From positions 32,001 to 96,000 of the forward strand of contig CAWCPV010000017.1 of the NCBI GenBank assembly GCA_963797555.1: a stretch of DNA of 64,000 nucleotides, read 5' to 3'. This document shows positions 1-10,444 of the stretch, in pieces. How positions within the stretch are numbered: the stretch's first letter is position 1; each line of letters opens with the position of its first letter. A program made the translations under genes and the position numbers. Under the pieces are notes generated by a model. The model was not told the origin of the DNA and made no database searches. It saw only the letters and a list, made by a program, of their open reading frames with translations. This DNA comes from an uncultured Gammaproteobacteria bacterium (GTDB taxonomy: Bacteria; Pseudomonadota; Gammaproteobacteria; CAWCPV01).

Positions 1-795
1 ATCAAGAACAAGAACCCGACGCACCAGAGCGCCGCGATCTTCGGCCATTTCGAGGGCGTGGTCCGGCGCTCGGGCCAGGATGAGGGCAATATCAGCTTGT
101 ATTGGTTCGACCACGGCTGGCTCTGGATGATCCCGCTGCGCGACGGCATCATGAGCGTGGGTGCCGTGTGCTGGCCGCAGTACCTCAAGATGCGCCGATC
201 GGGGCCCGGTGATTTCCTGTGGGAAACGATCAGGCTATGCCCCGGCGTCCACGAGCGCATGAAGAACGCCCGGCTGGTCGGCGAGGCTCGCGCGACCGGC
301 AATTATTCTTACCGCGCGAGCCGCATGTACGGGGAAGGCTATATCCTGGTCGGAGACGCGTTTGCCTTCATCGACCCGGTATTCTCCACCGGCGTCTTTT
401 TCGCCATGAACAGCGCCACCCTGGGCGCGGACGCCGTGGGCGCCTGGCTACGGGACCCAGCGTCCGCGGGCCCCGTCCTGCAGCGCTTCGATCGGCAGGT
501 GCGGCGCGGCATCAGGACCGTGTCCTGGTTCATCTACCGCTTCACCTCGCCCGCGATGCAGCAGATGTTCATGGCCCCGCGCGATACCTTTCGCATCAAG
601 CAAGCGATCATCTCGATGCTGGCGGGCGACGTGTTCCGGGATACGCCCATACGCACGCCGCTCTCCTTGTTCAAGTCCATTTACTATGGCACCTCCGCGG
701 CCATCGCGTCCCGCGCGTGGGCAGCGCATCAGCGCCGCAAGCTCAACGTGGGATTGCGTTTCACCGGCGGCACCACCCCGCAAGACCGATATTGA
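1..795 (+). CDS. Flavin-dependent halogenase-family oxidoreductase (5' end outside window), xanthomonadin/aryl-polyene cluster type
   Basis: Frame is open from base 1. Carries the WxWxIP motif (WLWMIP) and GDAFAFIDPVFSTG. Lies directly upstream of a XanB2-like gene. Confidence 0.8.
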   Translation: MKNKNPTHQSAAIFGHFEGVVRRSGQDEGNISLYWFDHGWLWMIPLRDGIMSVGAVCWPQYLKMRRSGPGDFLWETIRLCPGVHERMKNARLVGEARATGNYSYRASRMYGEGYILVGDAFAFIDPVFSTGVFFAMNSATLGADAVGAWLRDPASAGPVLQRFDRQVRRGIRTVSWFIYRFTSPAMQQMFMAPRDTFRIKQAIISMLAGDVFRDTPIRTPLSLFKSIYYGTSAAIASRAWAAHQRRKLNVGLRFTGGTTPQDRY

Positions 796-819
796 GGCTG
801 GCCCAGCCCCGTATTCAGC

Positions 820-1833
820 ATGTGCCCGCCGTACAGCGCAGAGGGCTCGGTTCCGCTCAGCGTCCGCTACCTCGATGCCGCCCAGGCCTCGCGTGCCCTG
901 GAGGACGATCGGGCCATGACGGCGATCGGGTTCGGCGTGGACACTCGGGTCGATGCCCAGGATCCCCGTCGTCTCACCATCGGCCTGCCGGAGCTGGACG
1001 AGCGCGGCACCATCGAGGTCTGGCACAGCACGCAGCCGGTACAGGTCAGCGTTTCGGACGGCGTCTACTGCGTCGCCAACGAGGAGGTGCTGTTTGCGCA
1101 CCTGCTGGTGCGGGAAACCGATGCCGAGGATTTGGCTGCCGCGACCAGGTCAGCCTATGAGCGCCTGCTGGCCGCCATCCGGCACCAGGGATATCCGCAT
1201 CTGCTGCGGGTGTGGAATTATTTCCCGGACATCAACCGCGACGATCGCGGCCTCGATCGATACCAGAACTTTTGTCAGGGGCGCCACCGGGCGCTCATGC
1301 TCACGCTCGCGGATTTCGAGCCCAAGCTGCCCGCAGCCTCCGCGCTCGGCAACGTGGGACACGGGATGCTGATCTACGCGCTGGCATCCAGGACACCCGG
1401 CATCCAGGTCGAAAATCCACGCCAGGTGAGCGCATTTCGCTATCCGCCGCAGTACGGTCCCAAAAGCCCTTCGTTCTCGCGCGCGATGCTGAAAGACTGG
1501 GGGGCGGGCGGGTGGCATCTCTACATCTCCGGCACCGCGAGCATCCTCGGCCACGCCACCGTCCACGCTAACGACGTGCTCGCGCAGACGCAGGAAACGC
1601 TGCACAATCTCGAAGCGCTGGTGGAGACTGCGAATCGGCAAACGCAGGCTGCCCTGCGCATGTCGCTCCTCAAGGTCTATGTACGTGACCAGACCGATCC
1701 CGCGGTACTGCGCGAGCTGATAGCGGCACGCTTCGGGCGTGAGACGCCCACCCTGTTGCTGCAAGCTGACATCTGCCGCCGCGACCTGCTCGTGGAGATC
1801 GAGGGCATCGCGTTCGGCGGACACACGCGCTGA
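820..1833 (+). CDS. xanB2: Chorismatase, FkbO/Hyg5/XanB2 family (hydroxybenzoate-forming)
   Basis: Motifs LLRVWNYFPDIN, ENPRQVSAFRYPPQYGPKSPSFSRA, YISGTASILGH, ADICRRDLLVEIEG. Confidence 0.85.
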   Translation: MCPPYSAEGSVPLSVRYLDAAQASRALEDDRAMTAIGFGVDTRVDAQDPRRLTIGLPELDERGTIEVWHSTQPVQVSVSDGVYCVANEEVLFAHLLVRETDAEDLAAATRSAYERLLAAIRHQGYPHLLRVWNYFPDINRDDRGLDRYQNFCQGRHRALMLTLADFEPKLPAASALGNVGHGMLIYALASRTPGIQVENPRQVSAFRYPPQYGPKSPSFSRAMLKDWGAGGWHLYISGTASILGHATVHANDVLAQTQETLHNLEALVETANRQTQAALRMSLLKVYVRDQTDPAVLRELIAARFGRETPTLLLQADICRRDLLVEIEGIAFGGHTR

Positions 1834-1842
1834 GCTGCGATG

Positions 1843-3021
1843 TCAGTTGCCGCAGACCGCGCCGACGAAGAAGTGATCATAGACCTCGCGTATACGGTCC
1901 TGATCCGGGGTCACCTCAACATGCTCGAAGCCGGCGGCGCGAAAAGCCTGGCGCCATTGCTCCGAGGTGAGAAAGCCCGGATTCGGGCGATATTCCCGGT
2001 CGGTCGACGCGTGAGTGAATCCATCCAGCAGCTGGAATACCAGCTCGATATAGACAGGCTGGCCCGGAAACGGGCGCAAACACTCGCCTGCGATCAGCCA
2101 CCCTCCCGGCGCCAGGGTGGCCCGAGCCTCACTCAGGCTATAGTGGAGATCGCGCGCGATATGCAGGGTATTGACCGCATAGACGAGATCGAAGCTCGCT
2201 CTGCCCGCCCCCTGACTGTCCCACGGCTTGTCAATATCCAAGGCGAGAAACTCCAGAGGGATGTACCGGAAACGGGCCTTCAGATGTCGCTCGCAGCGCC
2301 TGCGTAGGAACGGGCTGGGCTCGGTGACCAGGTAACGCTCGATATGGCAGGGCGCACTGGTCTCGGTGAGCTGCTGCAGCAGGCTTTCCGAGGCGCTTCC
2401 CGTACCGGTGCCCAGCTCCAGGATGCGCAATGGCGGCCTGCCCGCAAGCCGCTTGGCCGCAGCCAGGGCGCCGACCGTGTTGTTGACAGCATACAGAGGG
2501 TTCGCGTTGTGGAAATAGGCCAGCCAGAGGGCGGCATTGCCTCCCCCGAAGATCGCGTCTTCCCCGCTCAGCTCGCCGCGGGCCACAGCGGGGTAAGCGG
2601 CTGCCGCGGCGTCCAGCAGGTCCAGCGTGGCAGCGTTCGTCGGATCGATGGCCAAACCGATGCCGCGCAGCCGCTCGAGGTCGAGCGGGGGCCATGGACC
2701 CTGCACCAGATACTCGCGCACCCCCTGCCGCTCTTGAACGGCGAGCAGACCGCTGTTGGCCGCCCGCTGCAGCAGCCATCGCAGAGCTGTCTCGAAGCTG
2801 GGAACGAAGCGGAGCGCTGCACACAGCTCCGCCGCCGAGCACCACCGACCGAGCTGCGCAGCCACACCCAAGCGCTGCAGCAAGTCGATCGCCAAATCAC
2901 GCCCGTAGTGCTCGGACAGCTCCACGCTTCTGTAAAGGCGGTCGTTGAACAGCCCTGGCGGATAGTCCGCCGTCAGCGAGGCGAGCCGAGGGTCGGGACG
3001 TAGCAACTCGTACTGGTGCAT
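1843..3021 (-). CDS. Class I SAM-dependent methyltransferase, stand-alone PKS C-methyltransferase-like
   Basis: RILELGTGTGS motif I; FDLVYAVNTLH; LAPGGWLIAGE; LTSEQWRQAFRAAGF resembles PKS MT domains. Confidence 0.8.
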   Translation of the reverse strand: MHQYELLRPDPRLASLTADYPPGLFNDRLYRSVELSEHYGRDLAIDLLQRLGVAAQLGRWCSAAELCAALRFVPSFETALRWLLQRAANSGLLAVQERQGVREYLVQGPWPPLDLERLRGIGLAIDPTNAATLDLLDAAAAAYPAVARGELSGEDAIFGGGNAALWLAYFHNANPLYAVNNTVGALAAAKRLAGRPPLRILELGTGTGSASESLLQQLTETSAPCHIERYLVTEPSPFLRRRCERHLKARFRYIPLEFLALDIDKPWDSQGAGRASFDLVYAVNTLHIARDLHYSLSEARATLAPGGWLIAGECLRPFPGQPVYIELVFQLLDGFTHASTDREYRPNPGFLTSEQWRQAFRAAGFEHVEVTPDQDRIREVYDHFFVGAVCGN

Positions 3022-3066
3022 TAGATTCTCACATCTTGGTTCTCAGACAGAAGCTGTGCAACATTT

Positions 3067-3600
3067 TCATGCAGCTTTAGGTACTTGAATGACGTTGTCA
3101 ATAGAGTCATCGGCCTGGTGCAAAGCGGCTTCGATGGGGTTGTTGGGTTGAAACTTGGGATGCGGGCGATGATGAAAGAGGCTGTTCGCCAGGGGTCCGC
3201 ACAGACGCTGATGGAAGAGCACGAAGAGCAGTGCGACTTTCACGCCCTTGGGGGTGAGGCGGTAGGCGTAGTGTGTGCCGTCGCGTTCGAGGAGTCCGTG
3301 GGCTCTCATCTTACGCAGGTCATAGCGCAGTTGGTTAAGCCCGTAGCGTTGGGTGGACAGGGCGAAGTGGGCCCGGAGTGCCTCGTGGAGTGGCGGGCAC
3401 GCCAGCCCCCGACCAGGGTGCCTGCGTGCAGCAGCACTTCCATGAGGCGGATCATGCGGGTGTCGTGGATTTTGATGCCCGGATACTTGGTGGTGCTCAC
3501 GGCGATGGGCAGAGCGAGCCGCTGGAGCAGAGGGAAGTCAGCGTGCACGTTCAGACAACTGCGCCTGGAAGGCGGCAAAGCGGTCGGTGATCTCGAGAAA
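3067..3600 (-). pseudogene. 3' remnant of an unclassified transposase-like gene with C-terminal winged-HTH (frameshifted)
   Basis: Fragments PGIKIHDTRMIRLMEVLLH and LRYDLRKMRAHGLLER..YAYRLTPKG..LFHQRLCGPLANS lie in different frames; 5' part missing. Confidence 0.55.
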
Positions 3601-4419
3601 CTTCTCGCGCGCCGCGGGCAGATGATCGAGGCGGTACGCTGTCTTGGGTGGATGCCTACAGCGGCGAGAACATCGCCTCCATCGGCTACCAAGTCGATAC
3701 CACGGATGAGGCCGCCCCGGCTCCGGCTGCGCTACTCAGTAGACGGCACGCGGCTTCAACTACGGGATCGGATGTTGCGGGCAGAGAGGCGCCTTTCCCT
3801 CGCTCAGAAGAGGGCCGCTCGGGTGCGTTACGGTTGCCCCTCCTTGGGTCAGCTACCACGCCTGTCCCGCTTTTCCCTCGGTTCTCACCATGGCGCGCTC
3901 GAGTCATCGTGCCCTCCCTTGGTAGCGTCAACACCTACGCCGGTGGCCAGCGACTGAGTGTATCCAATCCACTGCACAGCGCCCACTCCGGTCATGCTTG
4001 CACTCCCAGCAGCGCAGCCGGTTAGACATCCGCGGGTCCCCGGTTATCCTGCATCAGAATATCCTGAATCTCCTTCGACGCGTGGCCCGGTAGACAAGCC
4101 GCCGTGCATGCGGCAGCGCCTGCTGAGCATTACGTGCGGCCCTTCCGAAGCCGCTGCGTGGCCTTAGCCCGGCTTTAGCCCAGGATAGCGCGGCACCTGC
4201 CCCGCCCACAGTGGGCGTCGTGTACCGGCCTGCCATACCGCTTGGTACGCCTCCAGCAGCGCCCGGCGCACGTCTACCGGTAACGACCCAAGCAACATTC
4301 CGACAAACGAAGTCTTCACTGGCACGCCAGTGAGATTGGTGCTCGGTTTTCCCTTGTCACGCGCACGCGAACCGCGCGGGGAGTGCAAACCGGTACAAAC
4401 GTCGTTCGGTTGACGAACC

Positions 4420-4935
4420 TTAGCCAATGACCCAGACATCGGGGTGCCGGAGCAGACGCTCGGCCATCTCTCGCGGGACCCCGATCACCTGTCCTGGTGT
4501 CCACTCCAGTCCGGTGCCGCACACCGTGTCCCGCTTGACCGGCTTCTGGCCGATGTACTTGACGGGCACCCGCTGCGGGTCGGGCGCACCGCGGCGGCTG
4601 TCGTCGACCGGCGGGAGCGTCCCGGCGATGAGGGACTCGACCACCGCGGCACGCCGCGAAGCCCCACGTTCCCGCACCAGCTCATCCAGCCGCTCGACTA
4701 CCTCGGCTGGTAGATACAGCTCCACCCGCCGCAGCGAACTCTTCTCGCGCCAGCGGGCCTGGCGCTCGGCGTTGCTCCCGGTCGCTCTTGCCCTGTGTTC
4801 GGTCACGGTGCCAACGCGGGAAGTCACATCACTCACCGTGGTCACCTCGGAGCCGTGGGGAGTCCTGCATTGTATCAAGCCGCGTAATGTGGGGCTGTCA
4901 GCCCGCCTCCCGCACGTAATGCCTCCCACTCCCAA
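4420..4935 (-). CDS. Hypothetical protein with ribbon-helix-helix-like segment and phage-like C-terminal domain
   Basis: NAERQARWR..RRVELYLPAEVVERLDEL..GASRRAAVVESLI fits an RHH pattern; start uncertain. Confidence 0.5.
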   Translation of the reverse strand: MGVGGITCGRRADSPTLRGLIQCRTPHGSEVTTVSDVTSRVGTVTEHRARATGSNAERQARWREKSSLRRVELYLPAEVVERLDELVRERGASRRAAVVESLIAGTLPPVDDSRRGAPDPQRVPVKYIGQKPVKRDTVCGTGLEWTPGQVIGVPREMAERLLRHPDVWVIG

Positions 4936-5379
4936 GGCGCCACCCTCTGTGCCCCTCCGGCAGACCCCACAGCCCCCCGCTTGGCGTCCCTGGCGTCCTT
5001 CTCCAGCCGGTACAGCTCCGGGTCATGGCAGTACCGCACATATACCCAGGCAGCCCCCTCTCTGACCATCTCTGCGTTCGCGTCCAGATCCCGGTAGTAC
5101 ACACCCGCCCCAGCAGGCGGCCGTAGCGGTCCCGACCGTGGTCCTCCACCCGCACCGTACGACCGAACACCAGGTTCGAGAGGGTCTGCTTCGAGCGGGT
5201 CCCATAGGCTGCTTCAACTCCGGTGCGTCTATGCACTCCAACCGGACCTTCAGCTCCCCGTCGTGGTACAGGATTCTGATGGTGTCGCCATCGTGGACGG
5301 AGGTCACCTTGCCGGTATAGTCCATGGCCGCAGCCAGGGCTGGCAGGGTCAGCAGAAAGGCCAGGATGACGTGTCGCAT
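4875..5379 (-). pseudogene. Thermonuclease (SNase-like), frameshifted
   Basis: Signal peptide, then VHDGDTIRI, IDAPELKQ, DRYGRLLG and NAEMVREGAAWVY spread over three frames. Confidence 0.8.
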
Positions 5380-5511
5380 GGTCGGGAACTTCGAAAGAGC
5401 CGCCCGCCTGCGGTGCGGGGTCGACTAGGCGGGAGGCACGTGGAGCACGCACCCCCTCCCTATTCCGCCGCCGTGGTTCTGAACTGCCACGCGAACGGGG
5501 TCGGGGCCTAC

Positions 5512-5742
5512 CTAAAACCCTCTCTGCAAGTCTTTCCACAGCGCCCCAGCGGCAGCGCCCACCGCACCCCCGATAGCGGCTCCTGCTGCTGGGTTTCCGC
5601 CGACCACTGCGCCGAGCGCCGCTCCAGCCCCCGCACCGATGGCACCCCCGCTGAGGGTACGCTGTTGCTGAGGCGTCATGTGCGCGCATCCGGCCGTGGC
5701 CGACAACAGCAAGATGATCATGACAGACGATGCCCGTTTCAC
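5512..5742 (-). CDS. Glycine-zipper lipoprotein
   Basis: Lipobox TAGC followed by GGAIGAGAGAALGAVVGG / GAAIGGAVGAAAG. Confidence 0.8.
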   Translation of the reverse strand: MKRASSVMIILLLSATAGCAHMTPQQQRTLSGGAIGAGAGAALGAVVGGNPAAGAAIGGAVGAAAGALWKDLQRGF

Positions 5743-5827
5743 CGATGGCTCCCTCCTACGTTGCCTCCTCGCTCACAGCATTGCACGACCGACCCCGGCC
5801 ATCTCCGTCCCTCCTAGCCGCCTTGGC

Positions 5828-5862
5828 AGGAAAACGGGGCCTCGGGCCATGCTCCGAAGCCC
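5828..5862 (-). terminator. Possible rho-independent terminator downstream of the phasin gene
   Basis: Minus strand CGGGCTTCGG..CCGAGGCCCCG followed by TTTT. Confidence 0.35.
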
Positions 5863-5904
5863 GCCGATGTAAACGAGGAGAGTTCTAACGAACCCGCAAC
5901 GCGA

Positions 5905-6309
5905 TCAGCCGCTCGTAGCCTTAGCCGGAGCCTTTGCGGGGGCTTTGGCTGAAGCCGCGGGCGTCATGGCGCCCATTTGTTCTGTGAACAGCCGGCTCAC
6001 CTCGGACTGGTTCTCCAGGTAAATGTCGAGGAACTTGCCAGCGTGGGCCATCCACTTCTCACCGACTTGGGTAGCAAGGCGAGTCTGTGCCGTCCAAAGA
6101 TCCTCCGGTCGCTGGGCACTCGTGAGTGCCTCCAGGTGCCGGAGACCCAGGCCCAGCAGGTCGCTCCCCGCCGCCATCTGCTGCTGCGCCATGCGCTCCA
6201 CACTGCGCGCCCCTATCTGCTGAAGACGTGTCATGGACTCCACCACGACTGTGCCGGCCTTGGCGAACTGCTCCCACGGTAGGACTGTTTCAGTGTTCAT
6301 GATTGCCAC
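5905..6309 (-). CDS. phaP: Phasin (PHA granule protein)
   Basis: Amphipathic helical Phasin_2-like sequence with Ala/Lys/Pro tail; PhaR-type operator upstream. Confidence 0.75.
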   Translation of the reverse strand: MAIMNTETVLPWEQFAKAGTVVVESMTRLQQIGARSVERMAQQQMAAGSDLLGLGLRHLEALTSAQRPEDLWTAQTRLATQVGEKWMAHAGKFLDIYLENQSEVSRLFTEQMGAMTPAASAKAPAKAPAKATSG

Positions 6310-6346
6310 TCCATTGTCTGGGGATGAGGGCTAGTGATAACAGTGG

Positions 6347-6365
6347 TATTGTGCGCTGCACAATA
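6347..6365. promoter_or_regulatory. PhaR-type operator
   Basis: Perfect dyad TATTGTGC-gct-GCACAATA containing TGC-N3-GCA, about 40 bp upstream of the phasin start. Confidence 0.7.
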
Positions 6366-6441
6366 GAAACAGGCAAGCAGTGTTCCCCCTTCGCCGACGG
6401 GCAGTGCCTATGCCTACCTTACCAGTTGGGCATTGACGGCG

Positions 6442-6528
6442 CTTGACCCCGCCCGGACACCTTTGCCATAGTGCCTTTGAGGGGAAATCACACCACAAGG
6501 AGACCGAAGGAGCGGACCATGCACCACC
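6442..6528 (+). repeat. Orphan copy of the IS91-like element downstream end, with promoter-like TTGACC-N18-CATAGT
   Basis: Aligns with the reverse complement of about 16431-16517 (shared CACCTTTGCCATAGTGCCT, ATCACACC, GAGACCG, GAGCGG.CCATGCACCAC). Confidence 0.75.
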
Positions 6529-6755
6529 TAGTCCAACAGTTTGGGGCTGCCGAGTCTGGCGCCGAGGCAAGGAATTCAATTCATCGAACCGCAGTGTACG
6601 TGACCCGATTAGACAGGCCCTTGAATGCTTGACGGCTCGACTCACGCCATGCTCATTCAGCGACCGGCTCCGCTTTTGGAGTCCCGGCACCCTAGAGTCG
6701 GTCGTTTGCGAAGGCCAGGACGATTGAACGGGCAACGAGGTCCGAGGAGGGATGA

Positions 6756-7854
6756 ATGGCTGCCAAACTGAGACCCCTATCGCGTGCGGAACTTCAGAAA
6801 CGTAAGGCACCGAAGGCAACAGGCGCAGAGCCGTCCGTGAAACCGGGTCATAGTGTGCGGAAGTTTTTTGTGACTGCGCCGACTAGCAAATCCATCTCGC
6901 CGCAGGTGAAGACAAGGCAAATTGACACCGCCGGCAAGGAGCCCCCCCTGTGGGAAGTCAGGCTCGAAGTGAATGGGGTCGTTGTCGAGCACCTGCCGGG
7001 GCAAAGCGTAGCACCGCGTCCCCGTCATTAGGCGTGAGAAGCAACGCACGGTGGCGACGGCTCAGCCAAGCCACCGCCCCCCTTGGGTTGACGTATCGTT
7101 CCAGCCAAAGGTTGCGCCCAGGCTCCAGCCTCCCAGAGTCAACTTGAAGGGGAGACGGGTAGATCCTTTGATCGTATTTCCGGACGACCGGCATCAGACT
7201 CTCTTCGACACGCACTGGCCGTGGCTCTTAGCGGGCAGGATCACGACCAGTGACGGGAATGGCGGTTCCGGCGTGCTCATCGGCGACAGGCTCGTCCTGA
7301 CCGCCCGTCACGTTGTGCCATGGAATAGCATTGCGGCGGGAAACTGGTGGATGAAGTTCGTACCCTACTACTTCGATGGTAGTGAGCCGTTCGGCCACTC
7401 GTACACGAGCGACGTTAAGATACTTACGACACGGATGACGACGAGTACAATATGTCGCACGACTACGCGGTCATGCGGTTGTATGAGCCTTTAGGCACTC
7501 AACTGGGGTATCTGGGATACGTAGCCCCGTTCGACGACGACTGGCGTAATCTGGATGTGTGGTTCAACGTCGCCTATCACCGAGACTTCTCTAGCTTCGA
7601 ACGTCCTGCCTGGCAGCGATATGCCATCGAGGACGATTACGAAGACGACGATGGCCAGCTTCTTGAGACCGAGGCCAGCTTGGAACACGGGTCGTCGGGG
7701 AGCCCGTTTTTCAGTTGGTTCACCGACGGACACGTCTACGTGGTCGGAGTAGTCGGGGGTGGGAACGTCCTTCAACGGGGACACCGACAACCGCCTCGCG
7801 GGTGGGGACAACATGGCCGATCTGATCGGATGGGCAAGGGCGAATTGGCCGTAA
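6756..7854 (+). pseudogene. Trypsin-like (glutamyl endopeptidase-type) serine protease, frameshifted
   Basis: GSGVLIGDRLVLTARHVV (His), HDYAVMRL (Asp) and HGSSGSP (Ser) lie in different frames. Confidence 0.75.
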
Positions 7855-8994
7855 CGCTCGCAGTTCCGACGGATCTTCCCCCAGCGTAGAGCCGGCGAAT
7901 GGGTCTAACAGACTGGGAACAAAGGACTTTAGCCAAACAGCAGGAGGTTTTGCCTGGCTACAAGGAGATCAAAAGGAGATCAAGGAGCGGTGAGTGTGAC
8001 TTGCAGGGCGGAGAGGATTTGTTGCTGGCGGGGATCGGGGCGGGGCAGGCCGACGATCTCCTGCTCACCGATTTGGTAGTGTTGTAGACACAATCGCGAC
8101 AGCGCCGTTACGGCGCTGTCGACGGTTTCGGCCTGGTCATTGTCGTGGGTAGTGCCAAAGGCGGCGTGCAGTCGTTGTTCCATCAAGCGCAGGACCTTGA
8201 GGCTGAGCATGGCGATAAAGACATGCCCGCGCGTTCTGGGGCTTTGCGCACAGAGATGGGTCTGACTTCCAAGAAGCCGGTCTTGAGTCGTCTGAAGTTG
8301 CGCTCCACGGTTTGCAGATCTTTGTAGCGATCATGGATCTCGTCTTTGGTGAGGTCAGCCGACGGCACATCACTTTCAATACAATAACAGCCGTCCAACA
8401 ACTCAGCGTCCTGTTTGGCTTGCGCATCGATTTGCAGTTCGAGGGTTCTACCGTTCAGTGTCAAGTGGACCCACCCGGCGATTTTATGGCGACGTGCCCA
8501 GCCCTGCAGGTTTTTCAATCCCGCCTCGGGCTTGGCTCGGGGCGACTGCGGAACGAAGCCATTGCGCTCTTCAATGAGCCCCCTCAACCGCTGCAGCTTA
8601 TCCTCGCGGCGATGACGCTCCTTGCGTTGGGTGGCCGGATCACAGCGAAGTACCAAGCGCTTTCCCTGGTGATGGACCTCCACCACATGCTCATCGAAGA
8701 GATCGGGCTGAAGGACGTCCTGTTTAATGAGTTTTCGGATCTGCGGGTCGGTGAGCGCCGTAATGTACTTCAGATGCGCTTGATTCAGGCGCTCCTTGCC
8801 TTGGGCCTTGATCATGCCCCGATTGCCCACTAGAACCACCTCTTTCACGTGGAAGCGCTCGGTGAGCTTCTCGACTTGAGAGCCGAGCGTCTGGGGGTCG
8901 GTGCGATTGCCTTCGAAGACCTCTACACTAAGCGGTTCGCCATCTTTGGCGGTGAGCAAGCCGATGACGATTTGCGGCTTGCCTTTCTTGCCGT

Positions 8995-10444
8995 GTAACT
9001 ATTCACCTACCCCAACCGCGGCATAGGCGGCGCCCCCTGGAAGGTCATGACCAAGGCATGGAAGAGGTCGGCGGATTGTTTGCGCAAGGTGGAGAGGTAA
9101 GAGCGGATGGTGGCGAATGCTGCAGCGCCCTCGGAGGAGCGAAAGCCTCCGGAGACCTTCTGTTTGACCTTGGGCATGCGCACATCGCGCTCAGCTTGGT
9201 TGTTATCGAAGGGGACGCGGAGATCCGTGAGAAAGCGCAAGGTATCGTCGCGGCGCTCGCGTAGGCGCCCGAGCAGATTGTAGGCGGGTGAGTGCTTGAT
9301 TCGCCCGCGGGTGCCGGTGCGCTGGGTGTTGCGGGGGTTGAGTGCCGCGCCTTGGGTGAGGATCGTGTCATAGCGCGCCTGAAACTGCTCCAGGGCGGGT
9401 GTGGGCAGGGCCGCGAGTCCCTGAGCGCGGGCTTGATCGGCGGCCTCTTTGGCCTGGCACAGGAGATCGATCATCGGTGCCGCCCAGCTCTGCTCGGGGA
9501 AGCCCTCGATGAGGCCGATCAACTCCCGCAGGGGATGAGCGTTGCAGAAGGCGTGCAGGCCCGGGTAGCAGTCGTAGGCACACCAGTGGTCATGGACCAG
9601 AATGCCGGTGTAGTGCGCCAGCAGACCGAAGGCATCCAGGGCGGCCTGGCCGCGCTTGGCAGGGACAAAGCAGGTGGTGAGCGTATCGGTGCTCAGAACA
9701 TGCAGCCAGTTGAGCTTGCCGTCGACGCGCACACCGGTCTCGTCGGCGTGGGCCACCGCGGCACGCGCGAGCGCTTGGCCGATGGTCGCTACCTGCGCCT
9801 GCACCCGCATGGCCGCAGACCTCACTGCGGCATGGATGGTAGCAGGAGAGATGGCGATGCCGGCCAGCTCATCGAGCAACGCAGCGGTGCGCTGGTAGGG
9901 CAGGAGCTGGTATTGGGTCAAGTGCACCGCAAGAGCATACACTCCCGGTCCATACTGCACCGCAGCGTCCATCCCCGGCGGAAACGCGCTACGGTGCACC
10001 TGGCCGCAGATGCACACCCCTTCGAGGATACGGTACTCGGTAACCTCACGGCGGATCACCCGTTCGGTCACTTGGCGTCGCTCGGGCAGCGCCGAGGCGA
10101 GGATCCCCGCACGGCAGCACCCGCAATCGCAGTGCCCAGTCAGCGGCAGGAACACGGTGCGGTCGGGTTCGTCCACCAGCCCCATCGTCGCGCCAGGATT
10201 GAACGGGGGATCCGATGACGGTGGTTTGCTGGAGTTGTGGCTGTCCTTGGCCAGTCGGGCCTCCAAGTCTTGGACCCGTTGCAGCAGTTGCGCCACCTGG
10301 GCGCGCAATGCGGCGTTCTCCGCACGCAGCCGCTCTAGCTCGCCGAACAGGGCGGCATCGAATGGGGTTGCACTCTGTTTCTCATGCATGCACTAAAGTG
10401 TCACGCATAATCAACTGTCCTGCAAGAGATACCTGAATAGTTAC
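8995..10444 (-). mobile_element. IS66-family element (single-ORF type)
   Basis: Terminal IRs GTAACTATTCA / TGAATAGTTAC; 8-bp TSD CTTGCCGT at 8987-8994 and 10445-10452. Confidence 0.92.
9007..10389 (-). CDS. IS66-family transposase
   Basis: DSHNSSKPPSSD, HADETG, FDNNQAERDVRMPKVKQKVSGGFRS; an apparent short in-frame deletion after SSDPPF. Confidence 0.92.
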   Translation of the reverse strand: MHEKQSATPFDAALFGELERLRAENAALRAQVAQLLQRVQDLEARLAKDSHNSSKPPSSDPPFNPGATMGLVDEPDRTVFLPLTGHCDCGCCRAGILASALPERRQVTERVIRREVTEYRILEGVCICGQVHRSAFPPGMDAAVQYGPGVYALAVHLTQYQLLPYQRTAALLDELAGIAISPATIHAAVRSAAMRVQAQVATIGQALARAAVAHADETGVRVDGKLNWLHVLSTDTLTTCFVPAKRGQAALDAFGLLAHYTGILVHDHWCAYDCYPGLHAFCNAHPLRELIGLIEGFPEQSWAAPMIDLLCQAKEAADQARAQGLAALPTPALEQFQARYDTILTQGAALNPRNTQRTGTRGRIKHSPAYNLLGRLRERRDDTLRFLTDLRVPFDNNQAERDVRMPKVKQKVSGGFRSSEGAAAFATIRSYLSTLRKQSADLFHALVMTFQGAPPMPRLG

